Numbered from the stretch's first letter, positions 1 to 10,428 are shown. The stretch is DNA of 64,000 nucleotides from Porphyridium purpureum (GCA_008690995.1 VRMN01000001.1:1612001-1676000); one strand, 5' to 3'. Translations and numbers: made by a program. Notes: a model not told the origin generated them from the letters alone.

Positions 1-292
1 TGCGATCTTATATGGAGGTGTTCGGCGCCTACCTTCGCAAAGGTGGTCGTGCGACACTAGGATGAATCCTAGTGAAGGCTGACCGTTACGGCTCTTGCCT
101 ACTAATACGTGCTAAGGCAGAGAGCGAGTCCGCCGTCAAGGCCTAGGCCTATCGTACAGCCAAGACTGAGACCCGCTTCCACCCGTCGCACCCTCCGGAT
201 CGACTTACTCGAACCCCCTTACCCGCAGACTCTCCCACCCAGGCAACCCCGGAGAAGCTCTAAGAGAACCTTAGAGCAACCCCAGGTAACCA

Positions 293-304
293 GCGATGAT
301 ACCA
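293..304 (-). promoter_or_regulatory. Primer-binding site TGGTATCATCGC (initiator tRNA-Met-like)
   Basis: TGG-starting 12-mer 2 nt inside the LTR end. The same motif is at 4888-4899 and nearly the same at 10383-10394. Confidence 0.75.
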
Positions 305-306
305 AA

Positions 307-604
307 TGTTACCAATGCTGTGCCTTTATTCTCTGCGTCTTCTTTCTTACCTCTTCTCTCTCCGAGCAAGACCTGACCGGCTAGTCCGGGCAGGCGCGTC
401 GCCTTTTTATACCCTTACTTCCGCCAGGGACAGCAAGGCGCCAAGAGAAATGACAATGCAAATCATTGGCATTTCTGCGCGCGTCTAGAAGGTTCTGGAA
501 CCTCTAGAAGCTTCTAGAAACGGTTAAACGGTCTACCGGTTTAACGGCTTACCGGTTTCGGATTAACCGAACCGTTCTAGGTGACTGGGGTCGAACGGAT
601 AACA
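307..604 (-). repeat. LTR of Gypsy copy A (298 bp, TGTTA...TAACA)
   Basis: Inverted ends TGTTA/TAACA. Minus-strand TATAAAAAG and AATAAA are present. It matches 4902-5194 with a few substitutions and indels. Confidence 0.85.
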
Positions 605-3549
605 CCTTCACTCGGTGGAAACCGAGGATCCCTTCCATATACCACTTTGAACGGCGCGAATCCAGTGGCACTGCTTGGTGCAGAGTTGTACGCAAACTCA
701 TACAACGGCAAGTCTCGCACCCAGCCACTATTCGTCGCCATCAACTTGAGCATTTCCCGAATCACGCGGTTCACTCGCTCAGTTTGGCCATCTGTCTGCG
801 GGTGGTTGGCGGTAGACATAGCCAACTTCATACCCACCCGCTTGCTCAGCTGCTGCCAAAACGTTGACGTAAACAGCGGATCTCGGTCCGATACAATTGA
901 CTTGGGGTATCCGAAACGGCTCACGACGTGCTTCACGAACAAGTCAGCACAACGTTTTGCTGTCAAGTCCTTGCGCGTCGGGATAAACAGCGCCATCTTC
1001 GAATATCGATCCACCACAGTCATGATTGCATCACAGCTGCCTTCGCTCCGAGGCAGCTCCGTCACGAAGTCCATCGAGATGTCGACCCCAGGTCCTTCTG
1101 GGATCGACAAGGGCTTCAGCTTTCCAAACGACCGATTCTCTGACTTTGTCACTTGGCATGCGTGACAAGTCTTCACAAAACGGCTCACGTCTCGCTTCAT
1201 CTTTGGCCAGTAGAAGCGAGTCATCAAAGACGCATGAGTTGTGTCCGCTCCACGGTGCCCTGCTGTCGGGATATCGTGGTGGAGTTGCATGACACGCTCT
1301 CTGAACTTCCTCGGCACGCAAACGCGATTCCTCAAGTACAAGAGCCCAGCTTCGGTTCGAAAACCCTGGTGGGTCGGTAAATCTCCCATCAAAGTACCAA
1401 AGTCTGGGTCACTCGAGTACGAACCCACGAATGCCTGGAAACCCGTACCAAATTCATCACACCGAACTTGGTACTCTAGCGCGTGCAACTCCGGCTTCCT
1501 CGACAAAGCATCGGCTACCACGTTCGACTTTCCCTTCACATAGTCGATTGTGATATCAAACTCGGCTAAAAAGTCCAGCCACCGTGCTTGCCGGCCATTC
1601 AGCTCCTTCTGCGTCATCAAATGTTTCAACGCCTCATGATCTGTGTGAAGCACAAACTTTGCCCCGTACAGATAAGGTCGAAACTCTCGCAGACAGTGAA
1701 TGACGGCCATGGGCTCACCTTCATAGCTGCTGTACCTGGTCTCTCGGTCCAGCAGCTTCCTCGACGTAAACGCGACCGGTCTGCCTTCCTGTGCCAGCCA
1801 TCCCCCCACCGCGACTTCAGAGCGGTCCGTGTACACCTCAAATGGCTTTTCAGGGTCTGGCAAGGCCAACACCGGCGCTTCCGTCAACATCCCGACAATC
1901 TTCTTGAAGGCCGATTTGCCTTCATCTCCCAGTTCGATCAGCTGCTTCTTCGACTTTGCGTTCTGCAACAGCGAAGTCAGCGGCGCCACGACGGTAGAGT
2001 ATCCTTTGACAAACCTGCGAAACCAGCTTGTCATTCCCAAAAAGGATCTCAACTCCGTCACCGTCTTTGGCACTGGCCAATCTCTCAAAGCTTCCACCTT
2101 CCGTGGATCCATCTTCACGCAACCGTTGCCGACAATGTTCCCCAGGTATTCGACTTCAGAAACGAAAAAGCTGCACTTCTTGCGCTTCAAACGATACCCT
2201 GCCTTTTGCAAGCGCGACAACACTTCCTTCAGGACCTCGCCGTGCGACTGCCTATCCTTGGTAAAGACCAAAATATCGTCCAAGTAGACAATGACGGTCT
2301 TGTCCAGCAGATCTGCAAACAGCTCGTTCATGGCCCTCTGAAAAGTTGCCGGCGCGTTGCAAAGACAAAACGGCATCACACGGAACTCGAACTGTCCGTA
2401 CCTGGTCTGGAACGCGGTCTTCGGCACGTCCTCTCTCCGAACACGCAACTGGTGGTATCCCGATGCCAAATCCAACTTTGAGAAACAGTGAGCTGCGCCC
2501 AGTCGATCCAGCAACTCATCCATGTTCGGCAACGGATACCGGTCCTTCACAGTTGCGTCGTTCAACGCCCGATAATCAACGCACATCCTCATGCTGCCGT
2601 CTTTCTTCTTCACGAACAGCACGGGTGCTCCAAACGGGCTCTGACTCGGCTGGACGAATCCTTTGTCCAGCAAGTCATCCAAAGTCTCTCGGAGGACTTT
2701 CAACTCCGCAGGGCTCAGTCGGTAGACCCTGCCCACTCTCACAGGCTTCTCATCTTTCAGCCTAATCACATGCTCCACTGTTCGGCTCTCAGGCAGCCCA
2801 CGTGGCTCCTCGAACAGATTTTCGAAATCCTTGAGCATCTTTCTCACAGAGTCAGCTTCTTTGCGCTCCACTGAACAGGGCTTCTCCCTTCCTTTCAGCA
2901 CGCCGAGGTAGCACTCTTCTACCTCCTGACTCTTCAACAGCCGACGGAGCTCTTTCCGTGGCACCAGCATCTGCGTCATGCTCCAGGCCTTTTTCTCTCC
3001 GTAGGCCAACATGCCAGACTGCCAATCAATCACTGGGTTCTCCCGCTTCAGCCACTCCATGCCCAAGATTGCGTCTTGTCCCGCAATCCGGCAAATGGCA
3101 AAGGTAGCGGTCCCTGAGTACCCATCGCTCAGTTCAAACTTGACATTGGAAACTTCTCCGGCTGTTTCCAATACAGACCCATCCGCTAGGGTCACATGAT
3201 CTCTCTTCCACGACGCCTTCTGCTTCAGGCCGTCGGATTTCAGCACAAAGTCCACGCTCATAAAGTTGTCCGTCGCGCCACTGTCAATCAAAAACGTGGC
3301 CTCTCCGTCGGACTTGTGCACTTTTCCTCGAACTCGAAGAAGCATGGCAGCTCCCATCCCTCCAAGTTCCTTGATCACGGGCTGATTTGCGCTCGAGTTT
3401 CGCCCACAAGGTGTCGGACAGCCAGACCTTGGCTTACCAAGGCCACCACAGCGGTCTTCATTACCGCCCCTAGAGGTCTCGTAACGTGTGCGAGCCTCCT
3501 TTCCCTCTGACTGTCCGAGGAACCTCTCTACTCGAGCTCCTCGTTTTTT
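577..3549 (-). CDS. pol: Gypsy Pol (protease, RT, RNase H, integrase), reached by a -1 frameshift; truncated by the LTR at 604
   Basis: Motifs FLIDSGA, YLDDILV, NVVADALSR, H..H..C..C, SMDFVTELP, SDRDPLF and TERVN. The final VIRSTPVT is read from LTR sequence. Substitutions at normally conserved sites (PFCL, TDRS, EGEPMA) suggest an inactive copy. Confidence 0.9.
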   Translation of the reverse strand, partial: KKRGARVERFLGQSEGKEARTRYETSRGGNEDRCGGLGKPRSGCPTPCGRNSSANQPVIKELGGMGAAMLLRVRGKVHKSDGEATFLIDSGATDNFMSVDFVLKSDGLKQKASWKRDHVTLADGSVLETAGEVSNVKFELSDGYSGTATFAICRIAGQDAILGMEWLKRENPVIDWQSGMLAYGEKKAWSMTQMLVPRKELRRLLKSQEVEECYLGVLKGREKPCSVERKEADSVRKMLKDFENLFEEPRGLPESRTVEHVIRLKDEKPVRVGRVYRLSPAELKVLRETLDDLLDKGFVQPSQSPFGAPVLFVKKKDGSMRMCVDYRALNDATVKDRYPLPNMDELLDRLGAAHCFSKLDLASGYHQLRVRREDVPKTAFQTRYGQFEFRVMPFCLCNAPATFQRAMNELFADLLDKTVIVYLDDILVFTKDRQSHGEVLKEVLSRLQKAGYRLKRKKCSFFVSEVEYLGNIVGNGCVKMDPRKVEALRDWPVPKTVTELRSFLGMTSWFRRFVKGYSTVVAPLTSLLQNAKSKKQLIELGDEGKSAFKKIVGMLTEAPVLALPDPEKPFEVYTDRSEVAVGGWLAQEGRPVAFTSRKLLDRETRYSSYEGEPMAVIHCLREFRPYLYGAKFVLHTDHEALKHLMTQKELNGRQARWLDFLAEFDITIDYVKGKSNVVADALSRKPELHALEYQVRCDEFGTGFQAFVGSYSSDPDFGTLMGDLPTHQGFRTEAGLLYLRNRVCVPRKFRERVMQLHHDIPTAGHRGADTTHASLMTRFYWPKMKRDVSRFVKTCHACQVTKSENRSFGKLKPLSIPEGPGVDISMDFVTELPRSEGSCDAIMTVVDRYSKMALFIPTRKDLTAKRCADLFVKHVVSRFGYPKSIVSDRDPLFTSTFWQQLSKRVGMKLAMSTANHPQTDGQTERVNRVIREMLKLMATNSGWVRDLPLYEFAYNSAPSSATGFAPFKVVYGRDPRFPPSEGVIRSTPVT

Positions 3550-4334
3550 GACTCCAGCGAGTCTCCCTCCAGCTGCTGGATAGTCTTCCTTGCCTCGGGA
3601 CACTTCCTCGCGATGTGTCCCGGCCTTCCACAATTCCAGCATTTGAGCTCGCTTCGAACACGCCTCTGACCCTGCACATGTCCCAGCTCCATCGGGACGG
3701 GTCCTTCCTGCGCTGCACGACCGAAAAATGGCGTCCTCACACTTGAATCACGCACGCCGCGGGTCGCATGAATGGCGTCGTCCACGACCACCGCCACCTG
3801 CGCAGCCTCCGCAAACGTGCTCACTCCTCGCTTGTACACTTCTAAGCGGACCTCGGGCTTCAGACCCCTCACAAAGCGGTCCATCATTTCTGCGTCCGAC
3901 AAGTCCGGAATCACAAGTGCCGCGTCCTGAAAAGCCGCCACATACGCATGGGCCGGGCCTTTCTGCGAAAGACGCGTCAACTTGTCCCTTGCACGCCTGA
4001 TCGAATCCTGCGGCGTGAACCGAGCACTCACGAGGGCAGCGAAATCATTCCACGTCGTGGGGATCTCCTGCGGGTAGCGCTCGCAGTTCAGGACCCACCA
4101 ATGAAGCGCCTCTCCCTCGAAGTAGTCTGATGCCAAGTCCACAGCACGCCTCTCCGCAAGCAGACGTTTCTCCAAATCGTCCGGGTGGATGCTCTCCAAC
4201 AGCCGGCCCAAGATCTTCTTTCTCGCCTGGAACAACCACGTCTTCACAACCAGAAGGTCACGCTTCCCGTCGAACCTCATCTGACGGGCCTCCTTCGGGC
4301 CACGTGGTCCCAGCGTCTCCGAATCAATCTCCAT
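3528..4334 (-). CDS. gag: Gypsy Gag with CCHC zinc knuckle
   Basis: Retrotransposon-gag-like core, DRFVRGL, PMELG, CWNCGRPGHIARKC. Slippery heptamer A AAA AAC (minus strand, 3549-3543) just before the stop. Confidence 0.9.
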   Translation of the reverse strand: MEIDSETLGPRGPKEARQMRFDGKRDLLVVKTWLFQARKKILGRLLESIHPDDLEKRLLAERRAVDLASDYFEGEALHWWVLNCERYPQEIPTTWNDFAALVSARFTPQDSIRRARDKLTRLSQKGPAHAYVAAFQDAALVIPDLSDAEMMDRFVRGLKPEVRLEVYKRGVSTFAEAAQVAVVVDDAIHATRGVRDSSVRTPFFGRAAQEGPVPMELGHVQGQRRVRSELKCWNCGRPGHIARKCPEARKTIQQLEGDSLESKNEELE

Positions 4335-4901
4335 GCTTTCTGGACTAAAGCACGCTCAACGACGACAACGACACAAACAGCAAGCCTCCGATGCTCACTT
4401 TCTCCAACAGCTGCGCGCACCACGAACGGGCTCGGTCGCCCTCACGAACACAAACCGACACACGAAGCTGTCCTCTCACGCACACACACGCACAGCAATC
4501 TTCTCACGCACACACAACAAAGCACACAGCAATCCTCCTCTGTTGCGCTGGATGGGGAGCGGCCCGGGCCTTTGCACTGGGGCGGGGATTATAGATGCGA
4601 TCTTGTATGGAGGTGTTCGGCGCCTACCTTCGCAAAGGTGGTCGTGCGACACTAGGATGAATCCTAGTGAAGGCTGACCGTTACGGCTCTTGCCTACTAA
4701 TACGTGCTAAGGCAGAGAGCGAGTCCGCCGTCAAGGCCTAGGCCTATCGTACAGCCAAGACTGAGACCCGCTTCCACCCGTCGCACCCTCCGGATCGACT
4801 TACTCGAACCCCCTTACCCGCAGACTCTCCCACCCAGGCAACCCCAGAGAAACTCTAAGAGAACCTTAGAGCAACCCCAGGTAACCAGCGATGATACCAA
4901 A

Positions 4902-5194
4902 TGTTACCAATGCTGTGCCTTTTACTCTGCTTCTTCTTACCTCTTCTGTCTCCGAGCAAGACCTGACCGGCTAGTCCGGGCAGGCGCGTCGCCTTTTTAT
5001 ACCCTTACTTCCGCTAGGGACAGCAAGGCGCCAAGAGAAATGACAATGCAAACCATTGGCATTTCTGCGCGCGTCTAGAAGGTTCTGGAACCTCTAGAAG
5101 CTTCTAGAAACGGTTAAACGGTCTACCGGTTTAGCGGCTTACCGGTTTCGGACTAACCGAACCGTTCTAGGTGACTGGGGTCGAACGGATAACA
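4902..5194 (-). repeat. 5' LTR of Gypsy copy B (293 bp)
   Basis: TGTTA...TAACA ends with an adjacent PBS; homologous to 307-604. Confidence 0.85.
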
Positions 5195-8100
5195 TTGTCT
5201 CTACGCAGGAAAACTCTCTGCTTCATCTCTACTCGTGTTTCCAAAAGGGCGGCTTTCTGCTTCAGTGCTTCGTCTCCGCACAAGAGCAGGTCATCAACGT
5301 ACACACCAACAAAACCGCTCTCCTTTTCGTCTTTCGCACAAGTGAACAAACACGGATCAGTACTGACGGAGAAACCAGTCTGCGTCAGGATCGACAAGAT
5401 GCTTTTCGACCAATAAGTTGGCGCATCCACCAATCCATAGAGAGGTAACCGCAGTTTCCACATAACGCCAGAAGCATTTACTGCAGTCCACTCTCGAGGC
5501 GGCACTACATAAATGTCCCTATTCAGCTCCCACAGGGATTGCAGAAACGCCTGGTCGGCGTCTTCGACCCACAGGTCCCAGTCTTTCCGCTCCGCTTTGC
5601 TCATCAAGATCATGCGTACAGAGCTCGTTCTCAGAGTAGGTGCGTTTGACACAAAGAGTTCCTTATCCTTGTCCATGTTGCCAAGTACGGTGAGGCGCGC
5701 TTTCATGCGGTCTGGCTTCACCTTCAACACCCACTTCGTGCGCAAGATTACACTTCCGTGCGGCACCTGCTCAGCGGGGACCAGGTCCCACACATGCCTG
5801 CGTTCGAGGCCTTCTAGCTCAATGCGCTTCGCGTCGTCCCATCTTTCGTCATCTTTCTCTGGCTGCCCCTGTTCCAGATACACAGACTCCGGTCGATCAA
5901 ACCCGTGCGCCGGTTCTCGGTATGGCCGAACAACAGCGACGGAGAATTTGAGGTTCTTTCCATTATCATCCACCACGGCCACGTTCGATGTGTAGTCAAT
6001 CTCTTTCAGGGCATAGGGTCCTTCCCACAAGCGCCTGCGGAATCTGTAGACCTTGACACGATCACCAGGCTTCATCACTCGCTCGGCAGGGTACCTTGAG
6101 GACAGAGCCATACTCAGGCGACGCCGCGCAATCAAGACCTCGTACTCAGTTCTTGCAAACCGCATCACTTCCATTCTCGCGCGCTGATCCGGGCATCCCA
6201 TAATGTTGGAACCAATCGGCGTACGCGGCGTGCATCCAAACACCAGTAAAGTCGGTACGAGACCGTCTGCGTTCATTGAATCGTTCATGGCTTTGGTTGC
6301 GAGTCCAAGTACATCGTCGTCACCAAGACCACTACTGCTCCGCTCCGACTTCAATTTGTTGAGAATCTGTTTCAGCGGCCCGTGCGCTTGCTCACCACGC
6401 CCCATCTGCCACGCACCTTCGATCCCGGCCGTCTCCACACACACCCCCATAGAATTCATCATAGCCACAAAATGCATGTTCACAAACTCGGTACCCATAT
6501 CTACTTTCACAACCTCTGGCAATCCACTCGTGTGTGTCACCCATTCTTTGAGGAACGCAGCAGTCACGTCCTTGGCTGACTTGCTATTAACGTAGCATGC
6601 GAGGGTGTATCCTGTGTCCTTGCATATCATTTGCAGGATTGCTTTGTCACTCGGTCGCTCAGAGAACATGACATCCATTATTACAGTATGGTTAAATCTA
6701 ATCTCGTCCGGCCATCTTGCAGCTACTGCTGGGCGCAAAGGCTTTTGCTCTTGCTCTTCACAGACTCGACATTCCGTTCTCGCCCGCCCCAATTTCTCGG
6801 CTAGCTCTCGCAGTTCATCTTCGTTCATCGTCGGGTCTGCTTTCTTGACTAACTCCAAGACGCGCGTTCCGGTCAGATGACCAAAGCGTCGATGCAGCTT
6901 GGTAGCCTCAACCATGGTATAGAATGACTCAATGTCATTGAGTGACACTAGGTGTCCATTTTTCCTTGTCAATGTCACAGTGTCTCCATTCGGATACTTC
7001 AGCGTCGGTTTCTCACCTACACTGAGCGTGACGCCCTCCAGCGCATCCATACTCATCAAGAATGGCAACGCCTTGTCCGTCTTCTTGTCATTCACCACAT
7101 GCGAGTCAAATTCCACCATACCAGCCGCGTCATCTGTTGGCACCCGCACCCGCACGACTCCGATCGAGTCAAGCACGGTTTGGCCGAAGCGAAAGCTGAC
7201 CGGCTCGCCTTTTCTGATATGCACTGGATTTCGCCTCTTGTAGGCTTCCAAACTCCGCAAGCCCACCACTGAGCGTGGAGCTCCAGTGTCGACACAAAGC
7301 GACATTGTCTGTCGACTCAACTTGGCACCACGGCTCGTAGCGAAGAATACCTCAACTTCGTCCTCATCCTCTGAATCCACGAAATGAGTGTCAAAGGCTT
7401 TGGCCTCCTTTTCACGCTCCGATGCGTCCGCGCTCATCTCGTCATTCTCGGCCTCGTCTACTGTGGTATCGCGCAAGAGCTCCGCCAGTCTCACATCGTC
7501 CTCCACTGTGGCCTTCGGGCACGCCCTCATGAGATGCCACTCCGACGAGCAAATGTTGCATTTCAGGGTCTTACCGTCTCGCCCTGTCCGATTTTTCTTC
7601 CGCTCGTAACGATTCGCCGTCCAGAAGGTGTCACTTTTATCGACCCGCTCCGCCGATGCCGCCAATTTGAGACGCGTGATCGCTTCCTGACTTGTCTTGG
7701 GCGGATTATACCATAGCGCTCTGCTGAAGCTTTCCCCTTTGACCGCCCGCTTCAACGTTATCAACAGATTCTTATCGCTCTGCAAATCACGGTCCAGCTG
7801 ATTCTGCAATGTCGTAGCGGTGGCCATCAGTCGTTCCAGCAGCTTGGTATCGGGCTCGTCGGGGTGCTCACGTCGGAAGGAGTCCAACGAAAGGTTTGTC
7901 CACGCAGTCTCCAGACTGTCCTTCTGATCCTCACCCACAAAACGTTCCCGCAACCTTTTCCACACGTCGCCAATGCTCGCAAACTGATTCCTCTCCTTTA
8001 TAAATAACTGGCGCGCGGCGCCTCCCAGGACCATGTGCACCGCGCTCAAAGCGGTCGCTGCATTCACACCCGCCAGGTCGCAATTCATTCGAAAGTCTTG

Positions 8101-8649
8101 CTCACACAGCTGAATGTCACAGTGCTCAGACCCATCAAACTTTGTTGCTTTCTCCAGATACCGCGCCAATGTTGCCGCTCCACGGTCTACCGTACGAACC
8201 AGTCGTCCACTTGCCACACTGTCATCATCAGGTATCATTCTTTTCAAGACGTTAATGTACCGCTCGTTGCTGTCGAAGTCCAAGCCTCCCTGACGTTTCA
8301 GGAAGAGAGCGACTTCACGCTGCTTTGCACACGAAAGGCCATCAATCATTTTCCTTGATGCTGACAAAGCAAATTCATCCAGCAAGTTTGGTCCGCTCAT
8401 CAAGTCCAGTACCGACCGTTTCAGCTCTTCCCATTCCGCAAGCGCGTGCTCGTCACTTGGTGTGGCGGTCTGCGAGGCAAGTCCAATGCTTGCAGCACCA
8501 CTCGCACCAGCGTCTTGCGCCACAGACCCTGGTGGGCTTCCTGTTCCCGACCCCATTGCTTCTGCTTCCTCGGACGACGACGTATCTGGCATTCCGCTCT
8601 GTCTCGGCTGATCCCTCCGACGTTGCACAGCACCGCGCGTCTGCGTCAT
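5167..8649 (-). CDS. Copia Gag-Pol polyprotein (truncated in RT); start taken at ATG MTQTRG, and the ORF is open to 8739
   Basis: CNICSSEWHLMRAC, LCVDTGA, LHRRFGH...CRVC, MDVMF/VDMGTEF/GEQAH (DDE), KWVLKVK...KARL, LYGLVDAP, VYVDDLL. Ends in the same LTR-derived VIRSTPVT. Confidence 0.85.
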   Translation of the reverse strand: MTQTRGAVQRRRDQPRQSGMPDTSSSEEAEAMGSGTGSPPGSVAQDAGASGAASIGLASQTATPSDEHALAEWEELKRSVLDLMSGPNLLDEFALSASRKMIDGLSCAKQREVALFLKRQGGLDFDSNERYINVLKRMIPDDDSVASGRLVRTVDRGAATLARYLEKATKFDGSEHCDIQLCEQDFRMNCDLAGVNAATALSAVHMVLGGAARQLFIKERNQFASIGDVWKRLRERFVGEDQKDSLETAWTNLSLDSFRREHPDEPDTKLLERLMATATTLQNQLDRDLQSDKNLLITLKRAVKGESFSRALWYNPPKTSQEAITRLKLAASAERVDKSDTFWTANRYERKKNRTGRDGKTLKCNICSSEWHLMRACPKATVEDDVRLAELLRDTTVDEAENDEMSADASEREKEAKAFDTHFVDSEDEDEVEVFFATSRGAKLSRQTMSLCVDTGAPRSVVGLRSLEAYKRRNPVHIRKGEPVSFRFGQTVLDSIGVVRVRVPTDDAAGMVEFDSHVVNDKKTDKALPFLMSMDALEGVTLSVGEKPTLKYPNGDTVTLTRKNGHLVSLNDIESFYTMVEATKLHRRFGHLTGTRVLELVKKADPTMNEDELRELAEKLGRARTECRVCEEQEQKPLRPAVAARWPDEIRFNHTVIMDVMFSERPSDKAILQMICKDTGYTLACYVNSKSAKDVTAAFLKEWVTHTSGLPEVVKVDMGTEFVNMHFVAMMNSMGVCVETAGIEGAWQMGRGEQAHGPLKQILNKLKSERSSSGLGDDDVLGLATKAMNDSMNADGLVPTLLVFGCTPRTPIGSNIMGCPDQRARMEVMRFARTEYEVLIARRRLSMALSSRYPAERVMKPGDRVKVYRFRRRLWEGPYALKEIDYTSNVAVVDDNGKNLKFSVAVVRPYREPAHGFDRPESVYLEQGQPEKDDERWDDAKRIELEGLERRHVWDLVPAEQVPHGSVILRTKWVLKVKPDRMKARLTVLGNMDKDKELFVSNAPTLRTSSVRMILMSKAERKDWDLWVEDADQAFLQSLWELNRDIYVVPPREWTAVNASGVMWKLRLPLYGLVDAPTYWSKSILSILTQTGFSVSTDPCLFTCAKDEKESGFVGVYVDDLLLCGDEALKQKAALLETRVEMKQRVFLRRDNVIRSTPVT

Positions 8650-9005
8650 GTCCTTCCGTTTCCCTTTAAATCGCGATTGTTGTAGGAAACGCCTTCCCAC
8701 TCTGTGTGCACCGCGTGTCACAGTCCCTCGACTGTACACACACGGTGCTCACCTCCTGTTCTTCCTTGCTGCCAAAGGACCGTTGTGCAGCTTCCCAACA
8801 CCTTGTAGGCTCTTTCTTCTTCGTCAACGGTGCCCTCTTTATTTCGGCTCACTCTAATCTAACACCTGTCGAACGTACTTTATATACCTTTCTGTCCAAA
8901 ACGGTCCGCTCGAGAAAACGCCCCCTCAGGCGCAAAAAACTCTGCGTCCGTTCCCGTCACGACCCCCTGGACGGTCGCACAACCGAATTATTGTGGGCCA
9001 CGACA
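5195..9005 (-). mobile_element. Ty1/Copia-order LTR retrotransposon, interrupted in RT by Gypsy copy B
   Basis: Single gag-pol ORF in the order knuckle-PR-IN-RT, broken exactly at the Gypsy LTR end (5194). Confidence 0.85.
8804..9005 (-). repeat. Probable 5' LTR of the Copia element (about 200 bp)
   Basis: Minus strand starts TGTCG at 9005, contains TATATAAAAG and AATAAA, and may end CTACA at 8804. Only one copy is in the window, so the boundary is uncertain (alternative end 8867). Confidence 0.45.
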
Positions 9006-10089
9006 CTACTGTGCGCCCTCTTTCACGTCAGCAAGCTCTGGCGCGCCCTGTTCCTCATCAGCAGGTTCATTCGCGTGCGTTCGGCTCGACCCATTTGCAC
9101 GAAGTTCACACACCAGGCACATGACGGATTGACCTTTCGTGTTCCTATTTTTTATTTTTCGCTCATGTGTGCTCTTGCAAGATGGCGTGATCTTGCTGAC
9201 GAGACAGTACACGTGAGAGGAGAATGGCAAACCTCGACTGCCTGAAAGTGCACTCCTTAGTATTGGTTTGTTGGTACGTCGTATCGCACGCCAGTGCCTG
9301 CCGACGCTCGCATTGTGTACATTGAAGACATTAGTCACTGACGACAACATGCTCACGTGGGTCCAGACAATACCGACGAGGCATTCGCATCAAGCTTGAT
9401 TCCTGTTTGGACCGTCAAACAATTTACGTAGAATCGAGCCGCAATACGAGTGAATGGATGAAGCGTCACATGACAAGGTGAAGCCGCGCTGCTTTTTTTG
9501 CGCTGGAGGTGCTGATGCAGCGCACATTCAATACGTGTTCTTGGCATCTGGAACGGCATGAACATGGGAATGCCAAGTAATGGTCGTCCGTGCTTGCTCT
9601 TTCCCAGCGACACGATATGGCCTGAGATGTTTGCAAACTGTGAAGAGAACTTCGAAATCCTCGCGACGAGCTCGACGATGACCCGTGGGGGCGCCACGAT
9701 TGTACCCGCAATGACTCGAGGGGTCGTCACCAATGGGGGCGCCAAGGTGACGACCGGTACGCGTAGCGGACCACCACGTGCGCGCGCTGTGCGAGCCTCA
9801 GCCCACCTGGGTCCGGGGGCGCGAGGCCGAGATATAAAAGAGGTGCCTGTGTCTTTGTCGTGGTGCTTGTCTAGACTAGGAGGCAGAGATGAATCGGTCT
9901 TAAGGTATAAAGGCGGCTTTGGAATCAGAAAGTCATCATCTCTCGGTAAGGCGACAACGTGCACCATGGCATTCGTCTACGCTCATGCCCCCATTCATAA
10001 TCCTGGTTCACACAAACTAATCGTCGCCTAACTTGGTGCACATGTGCGCACGTGTGTCGACGCTTTGCCTTCACCGTTTTGAGATTCTA

Positions 10090-10382
10090 CGGTAAAGAGT
10101 GCGGTTACAAAATCGAAAACGTAACGGAAGGAGGGACTGTTGACGGTCTCAGAGCAGCTTTATACGCTCTTGATTGTGAAGCCAAACGGTCACTACCCCT
10201 TGGGTCAGGACCGTCTGTGCACGACCATTCCAAGTTGAGGGATATATAACTAGCACGTAGCACAGCCTCCTATCTAGTCCGACAATAAAGAGAGAAGGGC
10301 AAGAGACAAGCCCAGTTAAAAGCATTCACAAAACCCCTGCACTAAGGAGCAGGGTATTGGAGTGGCGACGCTCTCTTCACAG
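10090..10382 (+). repeat. Left terminal direct repeat (canonical TG..CA core 10138-10381 plus a 48-bp 5' extension)
   Basis: Identical by eye to 15742-16034. Contains GATATATAA and AATAAA. Confidence 0.88.
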
Positions 10383-10394
10383 TGGTATTATCGC
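10383..10394 (+). promoter_or_regulatory. Primer-binding site TGGTATTATCGC
   Basis: Immediately after the LTR; one mismatch to the Gypsy PBS TGGTATCATCGC. Confidence 0.75.
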
Positions 10395-10428
10395 GTAATT
10401 CGAGACGAGGGATTAAGAGCCTTTCAGG

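Larger units (their letters stand above)
1..604 (-). mobile_element. 5' end (LTR + PBS + leader) of Ty3/Gypsy copy A; continues off the left edge; inserted in the integrase of copy B
   Basis: 1-604 is a near-identical copy of 4596-5194. On the minus strand it starts TGTTATCC at 604 and the LTR is followed by a PBS. It cuts the pol ORF with no PPT in front. Confidence 0.85.
605..5194 (-). mobile_element. Ty3/Gypsy LTR retrotransposon copy B (5' LTR, gag, pol interrupted at the integrase C-terminus)
   Basis: LTR 4902-5194, PBS 4888-4899, gag, then pol in PR-RT-RH-IN order. Confidence 0.92.

Noticed and set aside
109..488. Small ORFs in the LTR/leader, duplicated at 4704-5078
   Set aside because: They are antisense to the element, lie in LTR or leader sequence, have no motifs, and change frame between the copies.
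307..5194. Reading 307-604 and 4902-5194 as the paired LTRs of one intact Gypsy element
   Set aside because: Both are followed by a PBS and leader, the left one cuts the integrase with no PPT, and the two copies differ. Nesting fits better.
9006..10084. Possible decayed retroelement (minus-strand IRHVPG...RANGSSR and a knuckle-like GHI)
   Set aside because: The motifs are too degenerate and split across frames to support a call.
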